Shown here in pieces: positions 41,781-55,111 of a DNA stretch of 64,000 nucleotides. The notes beneath the pieces were generated by a model. The model had not been told where the DNA came from, did no database searches, and saw only the letters and a program-made list of their open reading frames with translations. Numbering within the stretch: position 1 is the stretch's first letter; every line of letters begins with the position of its first letter. The position numbers and the translations under genes were made by a program. This DNA comes from Octopus vulgaris. Its lineage: Eukaryota. The stretch lies in contig OX597815.1 in the NCBI GenBank assembly GCA_951406725.2, positions 124,434,001 to 124,498,000 on the forward strand. Reading direction: 5' to 3'.

Positions 41781-42113
41781 GTATGTTTAAAACTTGCACG
41801 ATATCTGAACAACCACTACATGGAATTATACAGCTTATATGTATGCTTAGATATTTTCTTGTTTAAACACGCTAGTGCGAAATGCTACAGCATATATTTA
41901 GTTTTAAGTGTCATATTTGAACCAAAGATAGGACGATAAGGTTCAAAGTCTTGTTGACCTTGCAATTAAATATATGCATCACTGGCCTTAGTTCTAGACC
42001 CAAAAATCTCTAGAGTCAAGAGATCTCGAGAATGTAGGCCAAACGTAAGTCTACCGTTCTGAAAGTGTACAAATAGTACAAATAGCAAATCTAGCAAGCG
42101 TGGGGAGGGCGAT

Positions 42114-42192
<79 letters not shown>

Positions 42193-42993
42193 AAGAGAGA
42201 GAGGAGGTAGCATTTAAAAGCTATCCGATTAAAATAAATCACCAAACTGCAAGCAATGTGGGAAATTAGATATTTGTAAATGAACGACTTAAGATGAACA
42301 CAAAAACAACTCTCTAATTAGATTTTTCCTCCATTTCCTTCCACTTTCTCTTCTTCCTATCTCTTTTCCTTCTGACTTTTGCTTTCTTAGAAAAGTATTT
42401 TTACTTTGTTGTTGATAAAACTTCATTATATTTTATTACATATTAGTTTTACTAAGCTAAACATTATATAATCTTTTTTTTTTTCTTATCATAGATGTGT
42501 AATGGAATTCTTCCGGGTCTAGTTGAATAAACTCTCTTGAAGTGTCTGTTTTCTCGCAGACGCAGATTGACACATCGTTAATTTCCTTTTCAACGGCTTA
42601 AATTCTGTTGACAAAGCAAAATTATTCACCATCCATCTTATTTTACTCTGTTACCAAAATTCCAGTCCGGTCAATTTTGATGGAGAATTTAGAGTTTACA
42701 AAATGCTTATAATCATGTAATCATGTAATCATGTAAGCGACTACATTGAATGAAATATTGAAGCGACTACATTGAATGAAACTACGTTACAAGCCAGAAT
42801 TAGCGGAATATCGGGATGATATTTAGAAGTTAAGGCAATACATCAACCCCATAATTGTCTGGTAGTTTAATAATCTATCAACTCGACAATCTACATATTA
42901 CGTTTGATGGTTTCTTTCCTAAAACTTAAAATATATTTTACAATCAGAAGAGCTCGATTATACTCTGGCATTATTATTATAATATTGAAGGCA

Positions 42994-43628
42994 AGGCGGT
43001 GAGCTATCAGAATTGTTAGCACGCCAGCCAAAATGCTTAGCGGTATTTCGTCCATCGTTACGTTCTGAGTTCAAATTCCACCGATGTCGACTTTGCCTTT
43101 CATCCTTTCGGACTCGATGAAATATGTGGCAGTCAATCCCTTTCCCCTAAAACTGCTGGCAGGGTGCCAAAATTTGACATTATTATATTTCAGGCAAGGC
43201 AGTGAACTAGCAGAATCGTTAGCACGCCAGACAAAATCTGTAGCGGCATTTCTTTCAAATTTTGCCAAGGTTGACTTCTCCTTTTATCCTTTCAGAGTCG
43301 GTTAAATAAGTACCTATTTCTTTATTATCCACAAGGGGCTAAACACAGAGGGGACAAACAAGGACAGACATAAGTATTAAGTCGATTACATCGACCCCAG
43401 TGCGTAACTGGTACTTAATTTATCGACCCCGAAAGGATGAAAGGCAAAGTCGACCTCGGCGGAATTTAAACTCACAACGTAACGCAGACGAAATATCGCT
43501 AAGCATTTCGCCCGGCGTGCTAACGTTTCTGCCAGCTCGCCGCCTTAATAAGTACCAGTTGAGCACTGGGGTAGATGCAATCGACTTGCTCCCTCCCACT
43601 CAAAATTTCAGGCCTTGTAGAAAGAACA
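42994..43628. mobile_element. Family B SINE cluster with a nested antisense copy (43315-43546)
   Basis: Well-preserved minus-strand copy lies inside an older plus-strand copy, flanked by AATAAGTACC at 43305-43314 and 43547-43556. Confidence 0.88.
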
Positions 43629-45389
43629 TGCCTTGTAGAAAGAATTATCATGTCTATCTCTCTAAATTGTTGGTCCAGACCTGTTCAGATATCATATTAT
43701 CTTCTTTCCCATGGACAACTCCGTTACCCTAATAGAGAAGGGAATGACCCATATTTATAAGAGAGTATGACAATGAAGTTTAACGTTCGTTTTTTTCTTA
43801 AGAGTATTAATATATCATTTAGAGATATTGATTGCATAGAGAAAGTGTCACATTTCAGTTTTGAAGCCGATCTTTCTTTTGTCATTAGACATTTGCATGT
43901 TAGTAAAAGTACATGCTCTGGCAGTTTCTCTCGTTCTCCTATATACATGTGAGCGTTAACCAACTATGATCCTCTCTCATCACCATATTTTGTAAATGAT
44001 TATTTTCTGTTTATCTGTCTCCATGCGCACGCTCGCACACAAGCACGCATGCATACGCGCTCGCACGCACACGCACACACACCCATACACACATACAAAC
44101 AAGCATACGCACATTATGGAGCTATATGTTTGTATGCGTAGCAATGAGTGTAGTCCAATTGTAGAATCTAAGAAATCCTTTATATATTTAACTGTGAATG
44201 AATAACTTTTAAACTGTCAATCATCAATAGAAAAATATTTATGATTTCATGTCATTTTTCCTCGTAGGCAATTATTTCTTACAAATTTCGGCGATAATAC
44301 AAGTTTACCTCCCAAATTTGATGATCTTGATGATATATTCAGTAGACTGTAAATCTTATTACTAAAGACCATGAAGTTGACTCATTTACTCAGATAATGA
44401 TAGATTTTGTATATCTATCACATTCAAAGAAACCTTAGAAAGCCAGTGACCCAATCAACTTTTACCGTTCAGTTTGGCACTGCAAATTACGTGTTGCTGT
44501 TAACACCCTGAACTATTAATAGAATATATATTTTAAACTTGAAATGACAGAAGACTTATCTTAATGATGGTGTCGCCATTTACGGTAGCTGCAGCCATAC
44601 TTTTGAGATATTAATAACTTCATTTTAACACATTTAACGCAGTATCCTTCTTTATAATATACTAAACTGGTTTGATAAGATGTCACAAAATATAAGGAGG
44701 GTGATGGAAACAAAAAAAAAATGAAAAACCAGCATAAGAAATGTGGATGATTTGAAAGCTATGAGATAGTTAGAAGGTGAAAAATGTAAATGTTAATTTT
44801 GGGGGCTATAGAATAACGACATCAGTGTTTTAATTGATGTAAACGATACGAGGTATCTGAATCTTGTGAGAGACAAGACAATTATGGAAAACGCGAGAAC
44901 ACAGATATATGATATGATTAAGGATTTGCTTTTGGGAAACAGCAGTCATTTAAATCGACATCAGTATTTGACTAGTGTTATATTTTTATCGACTTCAGAG
45001 GGACGAAAGGCAAAGTTAAACTCAACGTTAGACATGAAGACGCAACGAGATGTATTTCGTTCTTAAAAAGATGCATAAGACACGGAAGATATTAGAAAAT
45101 GCTAAATATGTGAAACGCGAAGTTCCGATTTAGTTATTTTTTGATAAGGAAACAAGTGATAAAATGATTCCAGTAACACACATATACACACAAGTAGACG
45201 CACATACGCTCACTCATACACATTCACAGACACTCTCCTATTCCCAGATGCTCTGTGCGCACACATATATATGCATGCGTATACATATAAATATGTGCAT
45301 ACCTAACTTCTAAAGAAATGGTGGTTTAACTGTTAAACGGGCTTGAATGTTAGATTAATTAATCAATTAATTAACAAACCCTCCACCCC

Positions 45390-45501
45390 ATTTTCTAGCT
45401 TTTTCTTTCTTTTTCTCGCCTCTCTCTCTTTTTCTAGCCTTCCTTCTTTTTCTAGCCTTCTCTCTCTTTTTCTAGCTTTCTCTCTCTTTTTCTAGCCTTC
45501 T
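45390..45501. repeat. ~20-bp pyrimidine minisatellite (CTCTCTCTTTTTCTAGCCTT)n
   Basis: About five to six units containing TTTTCTAGC. Confidence 0.85.
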
Positions 45502-46354
45502 GACTCTTCTTCACGCCATTCTAACATCCTTCAAATGTACATCATTACTTTTGTAACCATAGTAACAGTCATAGCGTGTCTGCTTTTGACGTTGATATTG
45601 ATGTTGATAATGACACTGCTGACGACGACGATGATGTTAATGGTGATTATGATGTTGATAACAACATCGACGCTAGCAAGCAACTTTCTGTTGATAAGAA
45701 TAAAGATTAGCATCCTTAGCCCCTTGTTAAACATATGCTGTCTGCGCCGTTTATCAAGCAACTGTTACTAACCGACCGTGGAGTCGAAGAAAAAAGAGTT
45801 TAGCTCTTAAAAAAGATAAAGATAACTAAAACAGCACCATATAACGACTACAATAATCAAATATCGTCTGCCTTCCACCCTTTCACTTCCACAAACACTT
45901 CACCACCACTACTATTACGACTGTCTCCCTCGTAAAAAAAAGGCAGAAAAAAACAATGACTAGATTAGACTAATTAGCGGGGAAATGCTACTGGCTGACA
46001 ACTGAAGGGCAAAGCCACGAACAATACAGTATTTCTGAAAAACAGTGGCAGAATTTTCTTGCGGCCAGACAGATAATGTCTGGGCGTGTGCGCGCACATA
46101 CACTCACATTAGTATGCACATGAATGTGCTGGCTCGTTTTGCTCGGCAGCAGTTGTTTGTTGTTACTGCTGCTGATTAGAAGTCTTAAAATAGACTTAAA
46201 AAAAGAAAAGAAAACAGTAATAAGTACAGTGCATTTATCTGAGCGCAGTATCCAGATGGTATAAAAGTAAAGAAGTAAGTATTAAAGTATTAGCACCGGA
46301 AAGGTTCGTTATGCACAATGCTAGAGACATTTCACGACATTGCCACTATTCCTG

Positions 46355-47460
46355 TAACTTTCTGTATTGTTGACGATAGAACATTATACCGATTGTCCAT
46401 GCACAAATAGATATATCAGAAAGAACATGACTGGCATTAAGGTTTGTTGCCGGTCGTTGAAAACCGGAAGCTGTAATATCACGTAAGTGTGACAATTAGG
46501 AATGTGCCCGAAAATCACCGTTTAATCCTGACAAGGTTTATTCTGTGACAGTGGGACCTTCATTCATGCAATCATGCCAGTGGTTTATTCTAATTCTGGT
46601 TCCATTGCAAATATCCATTAGCCATATTTAAATTTCGCAATACGCATTACAACACTGGAGGGTATTCCACAAAATTTACAGCAGTTTAGAAACTATATAA
46701 ATTATCTTTACCAACCCAGGAATCAATGATTTTCTAAGTGACTGATTCTCCATCAACTATCATGTTACTTTCACTTACCACTGCAATTAACACCAACATT
46801 GGTACACGAAAGTATCAGTCAGATTAAGAAATTTGTAGAATCCAATGGGTTACTAAAATCTTGATTTATTACTCCAAGTTTATTCGAGAGATATTTAACA
46901 CTCCTTGAAAACCCAATCTTACTACTAAAAGAAACAACTCTGCTTAAAAATGAAGTTCACTTGTTCCCTTCTCCCACCAACATGGAGCGGAAAGTGACGC
47001 CAGTCACGGTTTTTCTCATCTTGTGGTTGCATAGTCAATTTCCTTTCCGCCTCTCTCTTTCAAAATGACCAGTGGGCCATAACAAAGTTCATAACTAAGT
47101 TCTGTCTGCTTTCTTTAAAGTAGAAGGTGTTGTGTCGAAGAACGGTAGAAATATCATGATATTGCCTTTCATCAAAAGGCAAATCATTTTGCAAACAACC
47201 ACGAGATATGTTGTCTACGAATTTTTATGCATACTTCAACATTCAAAGTGTTTCATTCTAACTCATGAAATCACAGACCCAAATTAGACTTTCCTTTTGA
47301 TATCAATGTTGCAACTTGAATCTGGTAGCTGATGTGAGCACTATTCCAAACTTGTCGAAAGTCTTCTTTCCCGAGCCGAAGAGCCTACATTAACCAATTT
47401 CTCTACAGATGCTGTTCACCATGGCTATCGGTATATAGTCTTGGTGCCAGCGGAAGCAAT
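46355..47460 (-). pseudogene. Helitron RepHel PIF1-family helicase remnant
   Basis: Minus-strand fragments in canonical order: IASAG, SSCNI, NDLPF, WRHF, ILSCTN, GESVT*KIIDS, FLNCCKFCGIP, LRNLNMANG/CNGTR, FVHGQ; many stops and frameshifts. Confidence 0.8.
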
Positions 47461-47772
47461 TTATTCATTCATTCATTCATTCATTCATTCATTCACATAA
47501 TACATACATAGTACATACATACGTATCTATATGAATATAAGTTTGTATATACATGTTTGTATACGTATATATACAAATATGAGTGCATATATATATATTT
47601 ATATAAATAAGGATAAGATCGTTATTTAAATATCGATTTTATCAAGTGGTCAGCATGGGAATAAAAACATTCTCTCCTGATGCTGTATGAATATTTAATG
47701 TGGGTTTTAGAGTCAAGTTTTGGCTGCTCTTTGCAACGCGGTGGTATCTCTAAGATACCCTAAATTATAATG

Positions 47773-47831
<59 letters not shown>

Positions 47832-48007
47832 TATATGCCTATATGAATATATACATACATACACAGACACACACATACATATATGTATACGTACACAGAT
47901 ACATATAAAGAGAGCGATAGACAAATCATAGTATACTTGTTAATCTACATTATCTGACCTTCTAAGATATGATAAAGTGTGAATTAAAATTACGCTGATT
48001 AAAAAGT

Positions 48008-48043
<36 letters not shown>

Positions 48044-48046
<3 letters not shown>

Positions 48047-48135
48047 GTTAAGGTTAGAGTGGGGTTAAGGTTAGGGGAGAGAGAGAGAGGGTTAAGGTTA
48101 GGGGAGAGAGAGAGAGGAGGGGTTAAGGTTAGGGG
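48044..48135. repeat. Telomere-like G-rich repeat interleaved with (GA)n
   Basis: Four units of GGGGTTAAGGTTAG(GGG). Confidence 0.85.
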
Positions 48136-49525
48136 AGAGAGAGCGATGCATATGCAACGGGATAAAAATATGAGATAGCATAGTAAATCATGTGAAACAT
48201 AACCCGGCAACGGTACGTTCAATTATGATGCCAAATGATTCAAACTTCACGATACCCGTGTCGGTCGGTAAAATATACAGTGACAAAAGCATCGCCATGT
48301 GACGGAAAAGAGTCCAGCTGTTGTACACATAGCTAGCTTACTCTGTTGCTGCAAATACTGTTCACTTGACTTGAAGGCTTGCTAAGCATATAAACATTTA
48401 GCAAAGCTCACATACAAGTATTCATGCGTCTTTTCTTTCTTTCTTTCTTTCCTTCCTTCCTTCCTTCCTGTCGCCTTTCTCGACCACCCCTCTCTCACCC
48501 CGTACTCCTGTATAGATGACATCCCACCTTTACTTTTTCATATTCTGTGAACAGGTGCCACATCTCGAAGACATATTTGAAGGCGAACCTTTAGCAAACA
48601 TAGAATGTTAAGACCTTTAAAACATCCTGTAATGAAGTCGGAGTGCAAACTAGTCTCATTGAACAGCACTAAGGCAGAAATACTGCACATACCCAGAAAG
48701 AAACAAAAAAAGCTCTTGTTTTGAAGACCAACATATATCTCTAATGCTCCCACCAACATACAAGAATTTCAGCCAGTTCGGATATGCGGTAAGAAGGATA
48801 ACAATGTATATATGATTAGTGAAGGATAAGAAGTTCTACAGAAAAGTATCTACAGAAGTCAGGCTTGATAATTAATATATTTAGTTAAGTTTTTGTTTGT
48901 GGAATATTGTAAAATGCTAACTGCATGCATAAATACTCTCGTATATACATTTCTGTGCACATAGGTACATTTGAGTACATTCCCACCTAGTCGTCCATTC
49001 ATATATAAGAGCGTGAGAGTGTGTACGCGTGTATGTGTGTACAAGTAAGTGCGTGCATATAATCGGTTGTAGTCGTAATGTGTTGGTACACAGAAAATGA
49101 AAACATTCAGAAAGGGTAGGGGGTGAAAAAAACCCCCGAAAAACATGCACCTCCTGGAGAAATAACACAACCACAGCGTTTTCTGTTATCATATCTTATC
49201 AACCCACCAAAGAAAAGCAGAACTAAATTTAGCTGTTAAAAACATTGCTGGCAAGGTGAAGAGAGTGTTGCAGATGTGTGTACAGTGGATCGAGAAGAAA
49301 CGAAGAGTGTGAGGAAGGAGAATTATGCTGAACATTAGATCGCATATTGATGATTACCCTGTCGTTTCAATGTCGAGCAAGAGTAAGATACGGGAGAGTA
49401 GTAGTATGTAGCTAACAGAATTCTTTAAACAAAACTCATGTTATTCTAAAAATCCATCCAGCAAACTGCTACAAAGAAATCGCTGAGTTAGAACTAAATG
49501 CCAACAGCGCCGTATTTTCTGAAAC

Positions 49526-49556
<31 letters not shown>

Positions 49557-49674
49557 TTTACTAACACTGGCATGAGGCGATGCATTTTGAGGTAGATATG
49601 TAGTTGATTTAATAGTTTCCTGGACATAGCGGTTACGTATTGTATTGACTCCGGAAGGCAGTCTTAAGGATTTA

Positions 49675-50025
49675 GGCGCAGGCACCATGTGGTTAAGATG
49701 TTCGCTTTGCAACCAGGTGTCTTAGAGTCTAGTCTCAGAGCATGGCAACTTCGGCCAATGTCTTGTACTTTAGCTCCGGGCCTACTAATGCCTTGTGAGT
49801 GAATATGGTAGATGGTAACTGTGTGTGAGTGCGCACGCCTTTGTGTTTGTCTCCCTTACCGCTTGACAATCAGTGCTGGTTTGTTTACATCCCCATACCT
49901 TAGTGGCTCAGCAAATGAGCCCGATAGAATAAGTACCAGACTTAAAATAAGTAATGGGTCATTTTGTTCATCTAATCCTACAAGGCAGTATTCCTGCATG
50001 ACTGCAGTGCAATGACCGAAAATAA
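49675..50025 (+). mobile_element. Diverged family A SINE
   Basis: Matches 41401-41780 along its length (CCTTGTGAGTG, GATAGAATAAGTAC). Confidence 0.75.
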
Positions 50026-51237
50026 TAAGCATATGAGTATGAAGTCGTAAAATTTTCAGGGCTTGCAGTCGATTAGATCGACACTTGTATATAAGAATGT
50101 AAGGCGAATTTGACCTGATGAGTTTGGTTTTCATCTCTGAACGTAAAGCGGTGTATCTTTATACTGCAACGTATTTCTGTTCACCATTCTATGGTGTCTT
50201 ATTGACAGCTAGCCATCGCACATTGATGAATGACATGGGATGGACAGAATAGTTAGAGCTTTGATATTTAGTTGCACTCCTACATGTTCTGAGTTCGAAT
50301 CCTATGGAAATGAAAATTGCCGCTCAACCTCCTGAAGTCGATAAAATAAAACTATCAGTCAAATACTGGTGAAAGGTGGTGGGGTCGATATAAGCGATTG
50401 TAACTTGCTTTAAGATTCTCAGCCGCGTTTCTATACTAGAAGAAATTTATATAACTGACGACAACGACAACGATAACGATGATGATGATGATGATAATGG
50501 TGGTGGTAGTGGTGACGACGACGACGACGACGACGATGAAGGCAGTGATAATGGTCATTAGTTATGCTTTTTTTAATGAAAACGCAGTAGAGTCAGAAGT
50601 AAATTTCCTGAAAGCCAAAACATTTGTGTAGTAGTTTCGATTTTCAATTCACTAAACGCACTTAGCTAAACGATTGAGAAATGTACATAAGTCGCACAAT
50701 CTCATTTTTCTTTCTCACTTCAATATGAAGCGTGGTGATTGTGTATGAAATAGTTATTGTTATCGCTATTGTATCTATTGTTATTGTTCTTGCTTGCTGC
50801 AATCGCCAAGATACGATTTCCTTGGGAAAAACAATGTCACGTCCTCGTATTTCCTTTTCTTTATAAAACACACGTTTTGTACCCATATAAAATAGTTTTT
50901 ATTCACATTATTCTCTTTTTATACACACTATATTATTGTTTTGCTACTTATTGCTTTGTTGTTGACGTATTTTCCGTCATTGTCTTTGTTGTCGTTTTTG
51001 ACGTCCTTGTTAGACGCTTGACACCATTAGAAATTGTGCACAAAGTCACGTGAGCCTAAACTTCTCGGGGCTTCCGATGTGAAACGAAGCTAAGCGACAA
51101 CTTGAAATATGAAAATAAACAAATAGATAAAATGGCAAAAGATCTAGAAATAAAAAATAAAACTAAATGGTAGAGTATATTTACGAATTCCGCTTGAGTG
51201 CCAGTTAGAAATTCGACCATACATACACAAACACATT

Positions 51238-51363
<126 letters not shown>

Positions 51364-51699
51364 TGAAAACACCCGCAACTACTTACAGATATCAAGTAAT
51401 GCTAATAAGTATACTCACTGAAAATAAATTCTAGGGGCAAAAAAAAAAAACAATGCCAGATCTAATGTTGTCATAGCAACTTTAATTCATATGACAAACA
51501 ATATGGAAATTATTTGGAAAAATTCTTGCAAAAATATCTCACATAATTATTTCTAGATTTGTTTCACACGAAATTTTACAACAGCTTCCGAATTAAGCTT
51601 GAATCTTTGCAATTAGGTAGTTCCTTTGCTGAGACCACTGAAAAAGTTGAAGTCTTACAGTCTTCATACGATAAATAAGTCTTGTGTACATATGACAGC

Positions 51700-51990
51700 A
51701 TTTGAATTCAATCCTTCAAGACAAATCAGAAGGCAGAAATTTTATGACGTTCCTATTCTTTAAGAAAGCAAACCATATCTCCTTCATAACTAAGTCGACT
51801 TACACTAATACAGAGTTGTAGCATTGGTAGAAATTGAATCGCACACTCTGGCCACGAACGGTGTGTCTCACAAGGGTCTTTTAGCTAAGTTGATTGCCAA
51901 CAGACATAGTACTGGATTAAAAATTTCATGTTAAATCTTTTCATTACAGAGGGTACGGTGTTTTATTGGCGTACCCCCAAGTTTCAGTTA
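51700..51990 (-). pseudogene. Possible ancient non-LTR reverse transcriptase remnant
   Basis: GVRQ (51977-51966), SRLSYEGDMVCF (cf. LxYADD) and GLNSN (cf. GLxIN) in the expected order; spacing is longer than usual. Confidence 0.25.
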
Positions 51991-53029
51991 TGCTTCCCCA
52001 TTTCCTTCTGAAAAGCAACAACTTGCAGCCACTCCCTACAATACATTCTGGCGTAAATGATACCACCCTCGAGAGTCCCCCATAACTTCTTTTGCAAACA
52101 TACGTCTTCTGATGCTAATTCTTCATCGATTTCACCAACAGAACAACCTGTAAAGGAGACGTGATGTTTTTTTCTCTGTATATATCAATGCAATTGTCCC
52201 CATCAATTTTACACATGTACAGCATATAAAAATACAAAGTGGCTATAAATCTGTATTGATTTCTTGCGTTTGTTTACCTAAACTACTTAATAAAAATTAA
52301 ACTTCTACTTTGAGACCAGGAAACGCATAAAAAGTTATAATAAAATCCACATTGGAGTTCTATTCATTTGTAACGTCCTTTAGTGTATCCGAAATAACAT
52401 TATTTGCTTGATAGTCACTAACAAAGACAGTAAAAAAACATGCTGCTTATTCTGTTCTGTCCGTTTCTGACAAATCTATATAGGTCTCCAATCTTCTGAG
52501 TTAACTTTAGCATTCACTTTCCATCGTAGCCCACCTGACATGTTCGTTCTAACATTGCCGTTCAACTCCATTGGATTTCACTTCTTGTACATCATACAAG
52601 GTATTCCTTCCCAGAGTGCAACAATCTGAGAATTCTTGCTTCGCTTATATTTCCTTTCTGCAGGTTTCGTCTGTTAGGATACAGAAATAGATATTAGAAG
52701 TAAGAAGTACTCCAGTGTGGATTTCTGTTGACCTTTTTTAAGCTTCTGCAATGGATTAAGTTTGAGGTATTTCTTGACTTTAAAAGAAGCCTAATATTTG
52801 CGATTAAGTTTTGGCAGCGTTTTAGTTGATTAGCTTGAGAAATTATCAGAAATTTATTGCGACTTTGATGGTTTTGTGTCTGTGTGTTGCACATATATAC
52901 AGTGGGAAGGTACAAGGCTGTATATCTGTGCAAGGACCTAATCCATCTTGGAAGTTTCCATGGGTAAAGGGCACTTCCGCACTCCACTACCCTTTTTGAC
53001 TAACTTATAATTTATGTTATAGTTGGGGC

Positions 53030-53395
53030 AAGTGAAATCGAAATCGAATTGAACCAGCCAGGACCCCTGGACTGGTGGTACGTAAAAAGCACTATCCGAC
53101 TCGTGGCCGATGCCAGCGCCGCCTCGACTGGCTTCCGTGCCGGTGGCACGTAAAATGCACCAATCCAACCGTGGCCGTTGCCAGCCTCGCCTGGCACCTG
53201 TGCAGGTGGCACGTAAAAAGCACCCACTACACTCACGGAGTGGTTGGCGTTAGGAAGGGCATCCAGCTGTAGAAACATTGCCAGATAAGACTGGAGCCTG
53301 GTGCAGCCTTCTGGCTTCCCAGACCCCCAGTCGAACCGTCCAACCCATGCTAGCATGGAGAACGGACGTTAAACGATTATGATAATGATGATGAT
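53030..53395 (+). mobile_element. GC-rich SINE/RTE-type retroposon segment with internal repeats
   Basis: Three copies of GGTGGYACGTAAAAWGCAC, the motif TGGCGTTAGGAAGGGCATCCAGCTGTAGAAAC and a (GAT)n tail. Confidence 0.75.
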
Positions 53396-54898
53396 ATATG
53401 TGTGTGGGGGTGGGTGGGCATGTGACTGTGTTGTGTGTATAATGTTATAACGAAAATAATTTGTATTTGGATCACGCACAAAGTGATTTATTCACATGCA
53501 GATTACGTGAACTCTATTGACTGTACATTGAAATTCAGCATTGTACAAGTTCTGGATGGTATAATAAAAAGACATTCCAATTTTATTCTAAAGTTTACTA
53601 TAAAATGATAGATTTACAAAATTCCACTACGTTTCACTAACGAGTCTGTTTTACCTCTATAAATCTGGAGTTAACCATTGGTATGAGTGAAAACTCAGTT
53701 ACCTTTTAATAGGATACATGAAATTATTTTTACTTATAATGGTTCGTCGATAATACATGTCATTTCCTGGTAATTTGTTTAATCTGACATAAACATGGAA
53801 TGAAGTCTACCAATCAAATTTAGATACATACAACTACAAATATGCTATCTGTCTTTCCATTATTCTCTTTCACATACGCTTATATAATTAAAAAATAATT
53901 TAGTAATGCCCATTATAAATATTTTTGGATGAGGTTTATGTAATGTAATGTGACCCTTTTCAACTCAATGTGAAATGCAAGACAGGTTTATCTCATCGTA
54001 AACAGAAAAAGTGGTATCGATCTGCATTATTTCTAGTCTTCTTAAGCCTTCATCAGGAAAAGAATAATGGCAGATGATTATCTGGTATTCTTTCATTTCA
54101 AGATATAAAAATGAAAGTGGAAACATTAACACTATTCAGCAATTTCTGTGTTGAATAGGCACCATTTTGTAAGTTTTTCCCCAAAAGATTTTGTCAAATT
54201 CCTATTATTTCATCAACGAAGAGTTTGTGCTTCACTCTCCAGTTTTTCAAACTTGTAATTCTTCAGGCTTGTAAGTCTTCAAGCGCACTAGCCCCATTGA
54301 TATTTGCTATCATTATAATTTTCGTGAAATTTTGATTTCTTTTTTGAAATCCACGCTTCAGAGTACAGAGATTACGAAATAAAAAGGAAATTTTTTGTCA
54401 GAATTTGAATTTCTTAATACCGATTTGTTTCCCTCCCTAATTTCGAAAGTACAATATTGATGACTCTTCAGATATGCTGGCCGGATTCGCATAACTACTT
54501 TAGCGCTGGAAGTACATAGACACCAAGTGGATTCAGTGGTAGCAAAAAGGTGGAACGAAACTGAGTGTTAAATATTTTGATGGTGTTCGCAGAATTCATT
54601 TCTTTCTTGTTTCAGTTTTTGATTGGTTCTTCAATCACCTCCGAAATGATTTTCTTAATCCAAGTACCCCCTGCATCAAAGAGATAATACGCTTCCGGCT
54701 AGTATGCTTGGAGACTTGTCAATAGTGTGTATCAGCTATAGTCCTCGAGAACGCGACGGTAGCATCTTGACCAGTTATGTGCAATAACCAGTAATATATT
54801 ATTTGACATATAAGTGGGTGTATGTGTGAATACCTATATACATTACACTCACACTCACTTCAAGCAGTCACCATGATTGACTGCTAAATCCACAAGTT

Positions 54899-55051
54899 TT
54901 TTATTCTCTCTGTTTATTTCTCGTGTTCCTTTCTGTTGAAAGCGTAGGCTCGAAACGTAAAAGACTTTCTCACCTTCCCGAGCGCCAAACTAATACACCT
55001 GCTTGTTGTTTATACCCCTGTCATCGACTTTTGTTTTTCTGTAAATTTGAA

Positions 55052-55054
<3 letters not shown>
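54899..55054 (+). mobile_element. PLE-type terminal fragment with variant hammerhead core
   Basis: CUUU-CUGUUGA-A-AGC(GUAG)GCU-C-GAAACGUA-AAAG at 54929-54963; ends in (TG)n; homologous to 201-349. Confidence 0.7.
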
Positions 55055-55111
<57 letters not shown>

